From Paracoccaceae bacterium (GTDB taxonomy: Bacteria > Pseudomonadota > Alphaproteobacteria > Rhodobacterales > Rhodobacteraceae), in NCBI GenBank assembly GCA_014762635.1, contig JABURR010000079.1, positions 18,168-82,167 of the forward strand: DNA of 64,000 bases, in the 5' to 3' direction. Position numbers and translations under genes: made by a program. The notes below the pieces were generated by a model, which was given only the letters and a program-made list of their open reading frames with translations, was not told the origin of the DNA and did no database searches. How positions within the stretch are numbered: the stretch's first letter is position 1; each line of letters begins with the position of its first letter. Shown here piece after piece: positions 40,111-50,801 of the stretch.

Positions 40111-40328
40111 GCAGAAGCGCCTCTGCACGAGGGGGGTGTCCACGTCGCCTCACGTCGGCCTATCATGACCCGCTCGGAGGAGACACATTTACCCTTTGGT
40201 GCTGGAAAACGGCGATCGATAGGAGGTCGCTGAACGACAAAAGAGGCGGAACCGACGCCATATCAGGACCGAAACGGGGCCCGACGTCCGTCGTGACCAA
40301 GTAGATTGAGTGCAAGTCATTGATACAA

Positions 40329-40405
<77 letters not shown>

Positions 40406-40459
40406 TCCGTCCGGGCCGTATAGGCCAACAGCCCGGCGTCTGCAACGGATTTTCGCCGG

Positions 40460-41476
40460 TCAGGCGGGCTTGGTCCCGACTGCCAGCATGGTCATCTGCG
40501 GGATCATTTCGCGCACGTGCACATCCGCAAACCCGGCCGCCTCCAGATCACGTGCGATGCCGTCCGTGTCGGTCGAACGGGCCTCGGGCGTGAAGGCGGT
40601 GTGCTGCAACTGCCAGAGCGCGGCAAGCTTCGGGCCGCTGCGGTCGGCGTTGACCATGAAGTCGTGGATCAGTAGCCGCCCCCCGGGCGCAAGGTGGTCA
40701 TGGGCACGGCGCAGAAGCCCTGGATGCGCATCACCGGGAACACCGGAAAAGAGGTAGGACATCAGGATCACGTCCTGCCCATCGGGCCAATCGGTGTTGA
40801 GCGCGTTGCCCTCGACATAAGAGATCCGGTCCGACAGCCCCGCCTTCGCCACGTAGTCCCGGCCAAGCGCCGCCACGTTGGGAAAATCGACGATGGTGGC
40901 CGAAAGGCCCGGGTTTGCCGCGCAGAGCGTGATCGAGATCGCCCCGGTGCCGCCACCGACGTCCAGCAGGTGCTTCGCCCTCGACAGGTCCAGCGTCTTG
41001 GCCAGTTGTCGCGCGGGGCCGAGAGATCCCGCGTGCTGGCTTTCCGAGTAGAGCCGCGCCTGATCTGGGTCCGAGAACCATTGTTCGTAGGAGGCCGTCG
41101 CGCCCTCGGGCAGGGTGTTGGTCAATGCGGGGCCAAGCTGGTCCAGCAGCCCGTACATCTGCTGGCCAACCTGAAGGCGCAGGTAATCCCCGAAATCGTA
41201 TTTCGCGCCTTTGACGAGGAAGGCCTCGGCAGCCGGAGAGTTGGCGTAGCGCCCGTCCTGAACCGTCACCAGGCGCAGCCCGGCCAGCGCGGTCAGCAGC
41301 GTTTCGGCGCGATCGCGGTGCAGGTTGGTCTTTTCGGCCAATTCCTCCGCAGACAGCGCCCCGGAAGAAAGGTGCGTGAACACCCCATGATCCAGCGCCA
41401 CAAACAGTGCTTTCGAGCCCATGAATCCAAAGGCAATCTCGGAAATCTCGTCGGCTTCGGTCGCTGGACCCATCAT
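40460..41476 (-). CDS. class I SAM-dependent O-methyltransferase (family 2-like)
   Basis: 338 aa with an N-terminal dimerisation-like domain. SAM motif LLDVGGGTGA is present. Substrate is unknown. Confidence 0.75.
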   Translation of the reverse strand: MMGPATEADEISEIAFGFMGSKALFVALDHGVFTHLSSGALSAEELAEKTNLHRDRAETLLTALAGLRLVTVQDGRYANSPAAEAFLVKGAKYDFGDYLRLQVGQQMYGLLDQLGPALTNTLPEGATASYEQWFSDPDQARLYSESQHAGSLGPARQLAKTLDLSRAKHLLDVGGGTGAISITLCAANPGLSATIVDFPNVAALGRDYVAKAGLSDRISYVEGNALNTDWPDGQDVILMSYLFSGVPGDAHPGLLRRAHDHLAPGGRLLIHDFMVNADRSGPKLAALWQLQHTAFTPEARSTDTDGIARDLEAAGFADVHVREMIPQMTMLAVGTKPA

Positions 41477-41541
41477 CCTCTCCTCTGCGGTTGCGTCGAG
41501 GGGAGGCTAACAGCCGGTGGCCGGAAGGGCCACCCGATGGG

Positions 41542-42762
41542 TCAGGCGAACAATTCGTGGCAGAGTTCCAGCGCCTCGACCAGCTTGTCGACTTCTTCCT
41601 CGGTGTTGTAGAGGCCGAAGGAGGCGCGGCAGGTCGCCGTCAGACCGAGGTGATCCATCAGCGGCCCGGCGCAGTGATGGCCTGCCCGTACCGCGACGCC
41701 CTTCTTGTCGAGCACGGTCGAGATGTCATGCGCGTGCGCCGCCCCTTCCAGCGTGAACGAGAAGATCGCGCCCTTGGTTGCGGACGTGCCCTGCACGTTC
41801 AGCCAGTTCAACCCGTCGAGCTGTTCCCGTGCATAGTCGCGCAGGCGTTGCTCATGGGCGGCGATGTTCTCCATCCCCAGGCCCATCATGTAGTCCAATG
41901 CCACGCCCAGGCCGATCTGCTGCACGATGCCGGGGGTGCCGGCCTCGAACTTCATCGGCGGGTCGTTCCAGGTGATCGTGTCCTTGTGAACCTCGCGGAT
42001 CATGTCGCCGCCGCCCATGAACGGGCGCATCTCGTCCATGCGTTCCTTGCGGATGTAGATCCCGCCCGAGCCCGAGGGGCCATAAAGCTTGTGCCCGGTG
42101 ATCGCGTAGAAATCGCAGCCGATCGCCTGCACGTCCACGGGCATGTGGACCGCGGCCTGGCTGCCATCGACCAGCACCGGCACGCCCTTGGCATGGGCGC
42201 CTTCGGTGATGGCTTTCACATCGACAACCGTGCCCAGCACATTCGACATATGGGTCACGGCCACCAGCTTTGTCTTCGGGCCGATGGCGTCGATCACCTT
42301 CTGCGGGTCCAGATCGCCATTGGCGTCCACGTCGATCCACTTCAGGACCACGCCCTGCCGTTCGCGCAGGAAATGCCAGGGCACGATATTGGCGTGGTGT
42401 TCCATCACGCTCAGCACGATCTCGTCGCCCGCTTCCATGCGCGGCATGGCCCAGCCATAGGCGACCGTGTTGATGCCCTCGGTGGTGCCCGAGTTCATCA
42501 CGATCTCATGCTCGTCACCCGCGTTCAGGAACCGCGCTATGGTGCCGCGCACGCCTTCGTATTTCTCGGTGGCGAGGTTCGACAGGTAGTGCAGACCCCG
42601 GTGAACGTTGGAATATTCCATCGCATAGGCCTGGGTGATCGCGTCGATCACCACCTGCGGCTTCTGCGCCGAGGCGCCGTTGTCCAGGTAGACCAGTGGC
42701 TTGCCGTTCACCTCGCGCGAGAGGATCGGGAAGTCTTTGCGGATTTCGGTGACGTCATACAT
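41542..42762 (-). CDS. sufS: cysteine desulfurase SufS
   Basis: 406 aa. Contains YLDNGASAQKP, the PLP Lys in ITGHKLYGPSG, and the active-site RAGHHCA. Confidence 0.9.
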   Translation of the reverse strand: MYDVTEIRKDFPILSREVNGKPLVYLDNGASAQKPQVVIDAITQAYAMEYSNVHRGLHYLSNLATEKYEGVRGTIARFLNAGDEHEIVMNSGTTEGINTVAYGWAMPRMEAGDEIVLSVMEHHANIVPWHFLRERQGVVLKWIDVDANGDLDPQKVIDAIGPKTKLVAVTHMSNVLGTVVDVKAITEGAHAKGVPVLVDGSQAAVHMPVDVQAIGCDFYAITGHKLYGPSGSGGIYIRKERMDEMRPFMGGGDMIREVHKDTITWNDPPMKFEAGTPGIVQQIGLGVALDYMMGLGMENIAAHEQRLRDYAREQLDGLNWLNVQGTSATKGAIFSFTLEGAAHAHDISTVLDKKGVAVRAGHHCAGPLMDHLGLTATCRASFGLYNTEEEVDKLVEALELCHELFA

Positions 42763-42765
42763 CGA

Positions 42766-43353
42766 TCAGGTGGCTCCGCTAATCGTCAGGCCCATGGACG
42801 CCAGCAGAAGCGCGGCGATGGTGCCAAGCACGAAAGATACGAACAGGATCAGGAAGAAGGACTTCAGCAACGACCCGAACCGGTGCAGCACGTCCACGAA
42901 GTTGATGTTCAGCCAGAAGGCCATCAGGGCGACCACGAAGAACACCGCCCCGCCCAGCGCTGGCGAAATCACGGTCGCCACGATCTTCACGACATCCGCG
43001 GCGAGAAGCACGGCCTGCAAGAATGTCATGAGCAGAAGGCTATCGGCGAAGCTGCCGTTTCCGCCGAACTGCACGCCGATCAACCAGATGCCAGCGATAT
43101 AGGCGATGGTCGCGCCGGTCACGATCATGGCCATGGAGAACGGCGAGAGCCAGACGACGGCCTGCTCGGCCGGAAGCGGCGTCAGCACCTGACTGACGGC
43201 CGACAACAACACGCTGGCAATCATCACGAGGATGAACATCGGCCAGAGCGCCTGGCGCGGCACTCCCATGTCCAACACGGCCTGCGCCGTCGCACGCGGC
43301 GCCACAGGCGCCTGCGCGATCAGCGCCAGAATGGTCGAGGGGGTCAGGTTCAT
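42766..43353 (-). CDS. Yip1-like multi-pass membrane protein
   Basis: 195 aa with about 5 hydrophobic segments. Lies between sufD and sufS. The family call is tentative. Confidence 0.6.
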   Translation of the reverse strand: MNLTPSTILALIAQAPVAPRATAQAVLDMGVPRQALWPMFILVMIASVLLSAVSQVLTPLPAEQAVVWLSPFSMAMIVTGATIAYIAGIWLIGVQFGGNGSFADSLLLMTFLQAVLLAADVVKIVATVISPALGGAVFFVVALMAFWLNINFVDVLHRFGSLLKSFFLILFVSFVLGTIAALLLASMGLTISGAT

Positions 43354-43361
43354 GCTCTTCC

Positions 43362-43874
43362 CTACTCCGCGCCCTGCCTGGGCTCAAGATTTCCGGGGCG
43401 CTCTGCTTCAAAGAGGCACAGCAACCAGATCGTCACGAAGGCCGCGAGGCCGATGAAACCGGTCAGTTTCAGTTCCGGCCCCGGGCCGACGAAGCCAGCC
43501 ACCAACCCGTTCAGCAGCCACAGCGGGCTTGCCGCCAACAGAGCCCAGAACAGCGCCAGCCGCGCGGAATACCACGTTCCACGCCCGCCCATCAGATGCG
43601 CCACGATATGGGTCACGGCCCCGATGAAATAAAGCGCCAGCGGCGCGATGAAGAGCCAACCCATGAGGCTGCCGCCCAGAAGCGCATCCAGTGGCACCTC
43701 CTCCGACAGATGCGCCTCGCGCGCGAGACGCGGCCATTGCGCCACGAAGATCAGGCCGCAGGCCAGCATCAGGAAGACAAACGCGCGGTCTTCACGCACG
43801 CCCGCCGCCAGGTGGCGGCGCATCACCTGGCGCGGGCGGCGCCAGGTCGCAACGATATCGGAGGTGACCGCCAT
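43362..43874 (-). CDS. Yip1-like multi-pass membrane protein
   Basis: 170 aa with about 4-5 hydrophobic segments. The start shares base 43874 with the last base of the sufD stop codon. The family call is tentative. Confidence 0.6.
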   Translation of the reverse strand: MAVTSDIVATWRRPRQVMRRHLAAGVREDRAFVFLMLACGLIFVAQWPRLAREAHLSEEVPLDALLGGSLMGWLFIAPLALYFIGAVTHIVAHLMGGRGTWYSARLALFWALLAASPLWLLNGLVAGFVGPGPELKLTGFIGLAAFVTIWLLCLFEAERPGNLEPRQGAE

Positions 43875-45159
43875 TACTTGCGGCGGCGCTCGAGCCAGGC
43901 GCGAAGCCGGTCAAGGATGTCCTCGGCGATCGCGTCATCCTCGATCTCCTGGATCGCCTCGGCAAGGAAGGCCAAGACCAGAAGGTCCTGCGCCTCGCTC
44001 TCCGGCACCCCGCGCGAGCGCAGGTAGAACAACGACGTCTCGTCGATCGCCCCAGAGGTGGACCCGTGCGAACAGGCCACGTCATCGGCGTAGATCTCAA
44101 GCTCGGGCTTGGCCAGGAACTGGCTGTCGTCATCCAGCAGCAGCGCCTGGCTGATCTGGTAACCGTCGGTCTTCTGCGCGCCTTGCTTCACAAGGATCTT
44201 GCCCTGGAAGACACCTGTCGCCCCGTTGCGCAACACCTTCTTGAAGACCTGTCGGCTTTCACAGTTCACCGCGTCATGGGTGACGAAGACCGTGTCATCA
44301 TGGTGGAAATCGCCATCCCCCACGCAGGCGCCCGCAACGTGGGCCACGCCATCGTCGCCGGTGAACTCGATGATGCATTCATTGCGAGTGAGCATCCCGT
44401 TCGCGGTCAGGGTGAACGACTTGAACACGCTCTCTTGGCCGAGACGCGTGAAAATATGCGTCGCGGCGCGGCGCTGGTGGTCGCGGCCCTGGGTGCGGAC
44501 ATGGTTGAACCGGCCACCGTCGGCCACGTCCACTTCCATCACCTTGTTGAAGCGGGCGGCTGCGGGTCCGTTTTCCAGCACGGTCAGCTCGGCGCCTTCC
44601 TCGACCTTGATCACGTGATGCAGGATCGCGTCCGAGGTGGTGGACCCATGCAGATACTGGATCGAGACCGGCTTCTCGGCCTTTCCGGTGGCCCGGATCA
44701 CGATGCCATCCGTGGCAAACGCGGTATTCAGCGCGGCGAGCGGCCGCTGCACCGGCACCTGCCCCCGGGTCTCGAGCACGCCGTAGAGGTCCTTGACCCA
44801 GTGGATATCGGCCTTGGCGACATCTTCAAGCCGGTCGATCTCGATCCCGGCCATGGACAGATCATCCGAGGCCTCGGCATCGAACACGCCATCCACGAAG
44901 ACGATCTTCAGCCTGTCGAGCCCGCCGAAGACCGGGGTCTCGTCACCGGCGAACAGTGCCGCCTCGGGCGGCTGCGGCTGGGTCAACGTCGTGGGATCGG
45001 TGTATTTCCAGTACTCGTCGCGGCGCCCGGGCAGGCCCATGACGCGCACGCGCGCCAGCGCGTCCTCGCGCAGGGCCGTGGCCCAGGCCGCTCCGCCCGG
45101 CAGCGACAGGGCCGCGAGGCGGGCTTCGGTCATGTCGAGTTTCGCTTGTGGCAGTGCCA

Positions 45160-45160
<1 letters not shown>
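43874..45160 (-). CDS. sufD: Fe-S cluster assembly protein SufD
   Basis: 428 aa with a SufB/D beta-helix domain and the C-terminal LFYLRSRGVPESEA motif. Lies downstream of sufC. Confidence 0.85.
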
Positions 45161-45918
<758 letters not shown>

Positions 45919-45995
45919 GGTTTCCTCATTTCAGATAGCAGAACGACAGGTCACGGCGGCGCCGGACCCGTTTCCGCGGTGCGTGTTGTTGGATT

Positions 45996-46607
45996 TCAGA
46001 ATTGGAAAAAGACGTCTCGGTACAGGAGGGCGACTGAATTTGGCTCCGTCCCGAACAGCACCATCATGATCCATTCCCGCGAATAGATCATGGCGAACAA
46101 ATCCGGATACAGGTGGACCAAGTTGTGCATGGTCCCGGCGCCGACCCAGATTCCAGCTGCCTGCGCCACGAGATACGGCCTGCCCTCGACATCCAGCATC
46201 GACTTGACCATGTAGCTCATGCCGAATGCTAGGGCGATCTCCTTGCTGAAGATGTAGGGCGACACGACGGTGTTCAGAAACACGCCACTCCGGAATGCCT
46301 CCACGACCTGTTCGTGCCAGAACAGGTGATAGATGACGTAGCGAGACGCCCAAGCTGCAACCAGGCCGCCCAGAAACACCCAGACGAAACTGAGCGGATA
46401 CCAAATGTTCTCGCGCCAGTCGTAGAGCTTCACATTTGGATTCGGACGACGGGGCTGCAACAGCAGCTCGTCCGTGTCGACAACGGCACTGCGATCCAGA
46501 AAGTCCTGTTCGTCCGTCTCTGCCGACACTCGCTTCAGACGTTGCTGAAATTCGAGCCTCTGATCGTCCGAACCACCTGCGTTCCCCATCCGCGACCCCG
46601 AAGACAC
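45996..46607 (-). CDS. hypothetical membrane protein, paralog of 46761..47270
   Basis: 203 aa with a GTG start giving MSSGSRM. It shares with its neighbour the N-terminal MSSG ... F-x-x-RL-x-R motif and the C-terminal L-x-x-x-YP-x-x-x-A-x-x-x-S-[KR]-[DE]-[YW] motif. GC is lower: two sampled 60-nt lines give 32/60 each. Confidence 0.6.
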   Translation of the reverse strand: MSSGSRMGNAGGSDDQRLEFQQRLKRVSAETDEQDFLDRSAVVDTDELLLQPRRPNPNVKLYDWRENIWYPLSFVWVFLGGLVAAWASRYVIYHLFWHEQVVEAFRSGVFLNTVVSPYIFSKEIALAFGMSYMVKSMLDVEGRPYLVAQAAGIWVGAGTMHNLVHLYPDLFAMIYSREWIMMVLFGTEPNSVALLYRDVFFQF

Positions 46608-46760
46608 AACGTGAAATTGTGTTTGAGGTTACCAAGGGTTTAGCGGCAGGCAAGAAGTAATTCATACCTTCAGGCCGTGCGGGAAAACCTGTGCGCTTGA
46701 ACCCACGCCCGATCGCCCGGAAACTGCGTCCCGGGCGGGTAGCTCCAGAATTCCGGGCGT

Positions 46761-47270
46761 CTACTCCGCGATAACGGAGGCCACGTAGTCCTTGGAGAAG
46801 GCCTTGGCATAGATGCCCGGATAGGCGGCCATCAGCTCCTTCTCCATGACCAGCGCGCCAAGCATCCCACCCACGACAAGCAGCGTCAGGCCTTTGGTCT
46901 TGAGCGAGAAGAGCTGCCGCAGAATGAACGCGCCGACCAGGCCGAGGATGATCGCGCCCTGATAGGTCGCTGCCATCTCCACGATTTCTTCGGATGCACC
47001 AGCCTCTTCCGAAGCGAAGCGAAAGACCATCGCCCCACCGAAGATCGCCGAGAGCCATCCCGCGCCCAGCGCGAACACCAAACGCCCGATGCGCCGCATC
47101 ACGCCGCCACCGCCACTCGCAGCCGCCCCACGATGCCGCTTCGGCCGTGCTTCCTGATCGTTTCCGACGAAAAGCTGTCCGTTGGTGTTCTCTCCACCCC
47201 GCGCGATGCGGCCAAGCCGATCCTCGAACCCAGCTTTCTGCTGTTCGGACTGCGCCATTCCAGATGACAT
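46761..47270 (-). CDS. hypothetical membrane protein, paralog of 45996..46607
   Basis: 169 aa starting MSSGMAQSEQQKAGFEDRLGRI, with 3-4 hydrophobic segments. Lies between sufB and sufC. Confidence 0.6.
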   Translation of the reverse strand: MSSGMAQSEQQKAGFEDRLGRIARGGENTNGQLFVGNDQEARPKRHRGAAASGGGGVMRRIGRLVFALGAGWLSAIFGGAMVFRFASEEAGASEEIVEMAATYQGAIILGLVGAFILRQLFSLKTKGLTLLVVGGMLGALVMEKELMAAYPGIYAKAFSKDYVASVIAE

Positions 47271-47314
47271 GATATCTACCCCGTCGATGTCCCTTGTCTT
47301 CTGCTAGCGATGCA

Positions 47315-47349
47315 GATTGACAAAAATTGGGCGCGATTGGGAAAAATTG
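47315..47349. repeat. AT-rich 15-nt direct repeat, 20-nt period
   Basis: GATTGACAAAAATTG at 47315-47329 and GATTGGGAAAAATTG at 47335-47349 match at 13 of 15 positions. They lie in the 231-nt gap between the sufB stop and the start of the 169-aa gene. Confidence 0.6.
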
Positions 47350-47500
47350 TATCGGCGCAAGCAACGGGCACCCGACGACACGGGCCGATGCCGTTTCTGC
47401 CGTTCCGGGCAGACAGGATCGCATGTGCAACGCGTCGATCATTTAATTCACCCGGATACCCCGGCGGCGCAGGCGTGAAATGCGCCCGCCAACCGCCCGA

Positions 47501-49021
<1,521 letters not shown>

Positions 49022-49038
49022 GTTTCCACTTTCTCCCA

Positions 49039-50187
49039 TCAAGCGGCCCGCGCCCGGAACTTCCGGTACTGGCCCAGCCATGCCTCGCAGAAGCGCATGA
49101 CCTCGTCTTCCGTCGTCTCGGGGCCAAGCGACACGCGCACCGCGCTTGCCGCCACCCCGGCATCAAATTCCATCGCGCGCAGCACCCGGCTTTCGCGCAC
49201 CTTGCCGCTGGAACAGGCCGAGCCTGCCGAGATTGCAAATCCCGCCAGGTCCATCTGCATTACCTGCGTTTCGCCCTTCCACCCCGGCGTTGCGAAGCAA
49301 CTGGTGTTGGGAATCCTGTTCGCGCCTTCTCCGAGGAAAATAGTCTCCTTTGCCTCAGCCGCAATGGTGCTTTCTAGAATATTTCTAAGTTTGGCAACCC
49401 CCGGCCAGGTTTCGCCGTCCAGATCGCGTGTCGCGGCCTCGGCCGCCGCGCCGAATCCGGCGATGCCGATCACGTTCTCGGTGCCCGAGCGGCGGCCCAT
49501 CTCCTGCCCCCCGCCCTTGATCGCGGCGGCAATATCGGTGCCCTGCCGGATCACCAGCGCGCCCACGCCTTTCGGGCCGCCCAGCTTGTGGGCCGAGATC
49601 AGCGCCATATCGGCACCCGACCAGTTGAAGGCCACCGGCACCTTGCCGAAGGACTGCGTCATGTCCGACAGCACATAGCTGCCCTCCGGGTCCATTTCGC
49701 GGATCGCGGCGGCAAAGGCCTCCACATCCTGCAGAACCCCGGTTTCACTGTTGGCCGACTGCAGCGCAAAGATGTTCCCGCCGCCCAGGTAGTCCTGCCA
49801 ATCGGTTGCACCGGGAAAGACCGCGCGCCCACTGGCGTCCACGGCAATCCGCGGCACATCCCCGGCCTGGGCTTCCAGGCAATCGTGTTCGACCGAGGAC
49901 GCAATCAGCTTCGGCGCGACACCCTCGCCCCTGAGCGCCGAGCGCACCTGCAAGGCCAGCGCCGCGGCCTCGGTCGCGCCCGAGGTGAAGACGATATCCG
50001 CACCCTCGGCCCCGAAAGCCGCCGCGACCTGCGCGCGCGCCTTCTCGATCAATCCCTTCGCCGCCCGCCCTTCGGCATGGACCGATGACGGGTTGCCCGC
50101 CACGTCCATCGCCGCGACCATTGCTTCCCGCGCCTCGGGGCGCAGCGGGGTGGTCGCGTTCCAGTCGAGGTAGGCCCGCTGCCTCAT
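49039..50187 (-). CDS. cysteine desulfurase, NifS/IscS-like class V aminotransferase
   Basis: 382 aa. Contains YLDWNATTP, the PLP Lys in [10 protein letters not shown], and the active-site SAGSACSSG. Confidence 0.85.
   Translation of the reverse strand: MRQRAYLDWNATTPLRPEAREAMVAAMDVAGNPSSVHAEGRAAKGLIEKARAQVAAAFGAEGADIVFTSGATEAAALALQVRSALRGEGVAPKLIASSVEHDCLEAQAGDVPRIAVDASGRAVFPGATDWQDYLGGGNIFALQSANSETGVLQDVEAFAAAIREMDPEGSYVLSDMTQSFGKVPVAFNWSGADMALISAHKLGGPKGVGALVIRQGTDIAAAIKGGGQEMGRRSGTENVIGIAGFGAAAEAATRDLDGETWPGVAKLRNILESTIAAEAKETIFLGEGANRIPNTSCFATPGWKGETQVMQMDLAGFAISAGSACSSGKVRESRVLRAMEFDAGVAASAVRVSLGPETTEDEVMRFCEAWLGQYRKFRARAA
49373..49389. promoter_or_regulatory. ICE-like (Irr-box-like) palindrome inside coding sequence
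   Basis: TCTAGAA-TAT-TTCTAAG compared with the ICE consensus TTTAGAA-N3-TTCTAAA has one mismatch per half-site. It encodes KLRNILE using CTT AGA AAT ATT CTA GAA. Confidence 0.35.
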
Positions 50188-50645
50188 GTGTCATCCACCA
50201 CATGCAGAAGGTTCGGCACCGCCGGACAGGGGGTCAGGTCGTTGTTCACCACGTCCGACAACCGCACCTGGTGCAGGAACACGTAGACATGGGCCGACAG
50301 CCCCTCCCACAGACGATTGGTCAGGCTCTGCGCCCGCGACCCGGAAAGACCACCCGAGACCCCTGCCCCGGTGTGCATCGCGCTGACCGTCTCATCCACC
50401 GCACCAAGAATGTCCGCCACGCGGATCTCCGACGCCGGGCGCGACAGCTTGTATCCGCCGCCCGGCCCGCGCACGGAATCGACCAGCCCTGCCCGACGCA
50501 GCTTCACGAAAAGCTGTTCCAGGTAGGGAAGCGAGATGTCCTGCGCCTTGGATATCTCTCCCAGCGAACGCAACGTCCCCTCCGGCTGGATCGCCAGATC
50601 GACCAGCGCCACCATGGCATAGCGGCCCTTCGTGCTCAGTTTCAT
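50184..50645 (-). CDS. iscR: Rrf2 family regulator, IscR-like, single-Cys type
   Basis: 153 aa with an Rrf2 wHTH N-terminus (MKLSTKGRYAMVALVDLA ... ISLPYLEQLF). It is the first gene of the isc-suf operon. Its only cysteine is near the C-terminus (TPCPAV). Confidence 0.85.
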   Translation of the reverse strand: MKLSTKGRYAMVALVDLAIQPEGTLRSLGEISKAQDISLPYLEQLFVKLRRAGLVDSVRGPGGGYKLSRPASEIRVADILGAVDETVSAMHTGAGVSGGLSGSRAQSLTNRLWEGLSAHVYVFLHQVRLSDVVNNDLTPCPAVPNLLHVVDDT

Positions 50646-50725
50646 CCGCCGATCCCTCGGATAACATTGACCTTGGCCGACCGTGACATTACCTCAGAGT
50701 CGACGCAGTGCCGGACATTCCGGTA

Positions 50726-50742
50726 TTTAGAATTATTCTAAG
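50726..50742. promoter_or_regulatory. iron control element (Irr box) candidate
   Basis: TTTAGAA-TTA-TTCTAAG matches the ICE consensus TTTAGAA-N3-TTCTAAA at 13 of 14 specified positions. It lies between divergent iscR (ATG 50645) and the hydrolase gene (ATG 50802). Confidence 0.5.
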
Positions 50743-50801
50743 GTGGTTGAGGGAAATCGTCAAGAATTCCGCTTGCCCGTCTTCGAGAGACAAGGACGCC
50801 A

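Noticed and set aside
41491-43632. A very long (713 aa) plus-strand ORF antisense to sufS and the Yip1-like genes. Similar long antisense or out-of-frame ORFs include 12655-14034, 47480-49678, 20381-21685, 8256-9740, 5267-6478, 2573-3835 and 54087-55340.
   Set aside because: Stop codons are rare in off-frames of DNA with this GC content. These translations are Arg/Gly/Pro/His-rich low-complexity strings with no recognisable motifs. Each overlaps a confidently identified conserved gene on the other strand or frame.
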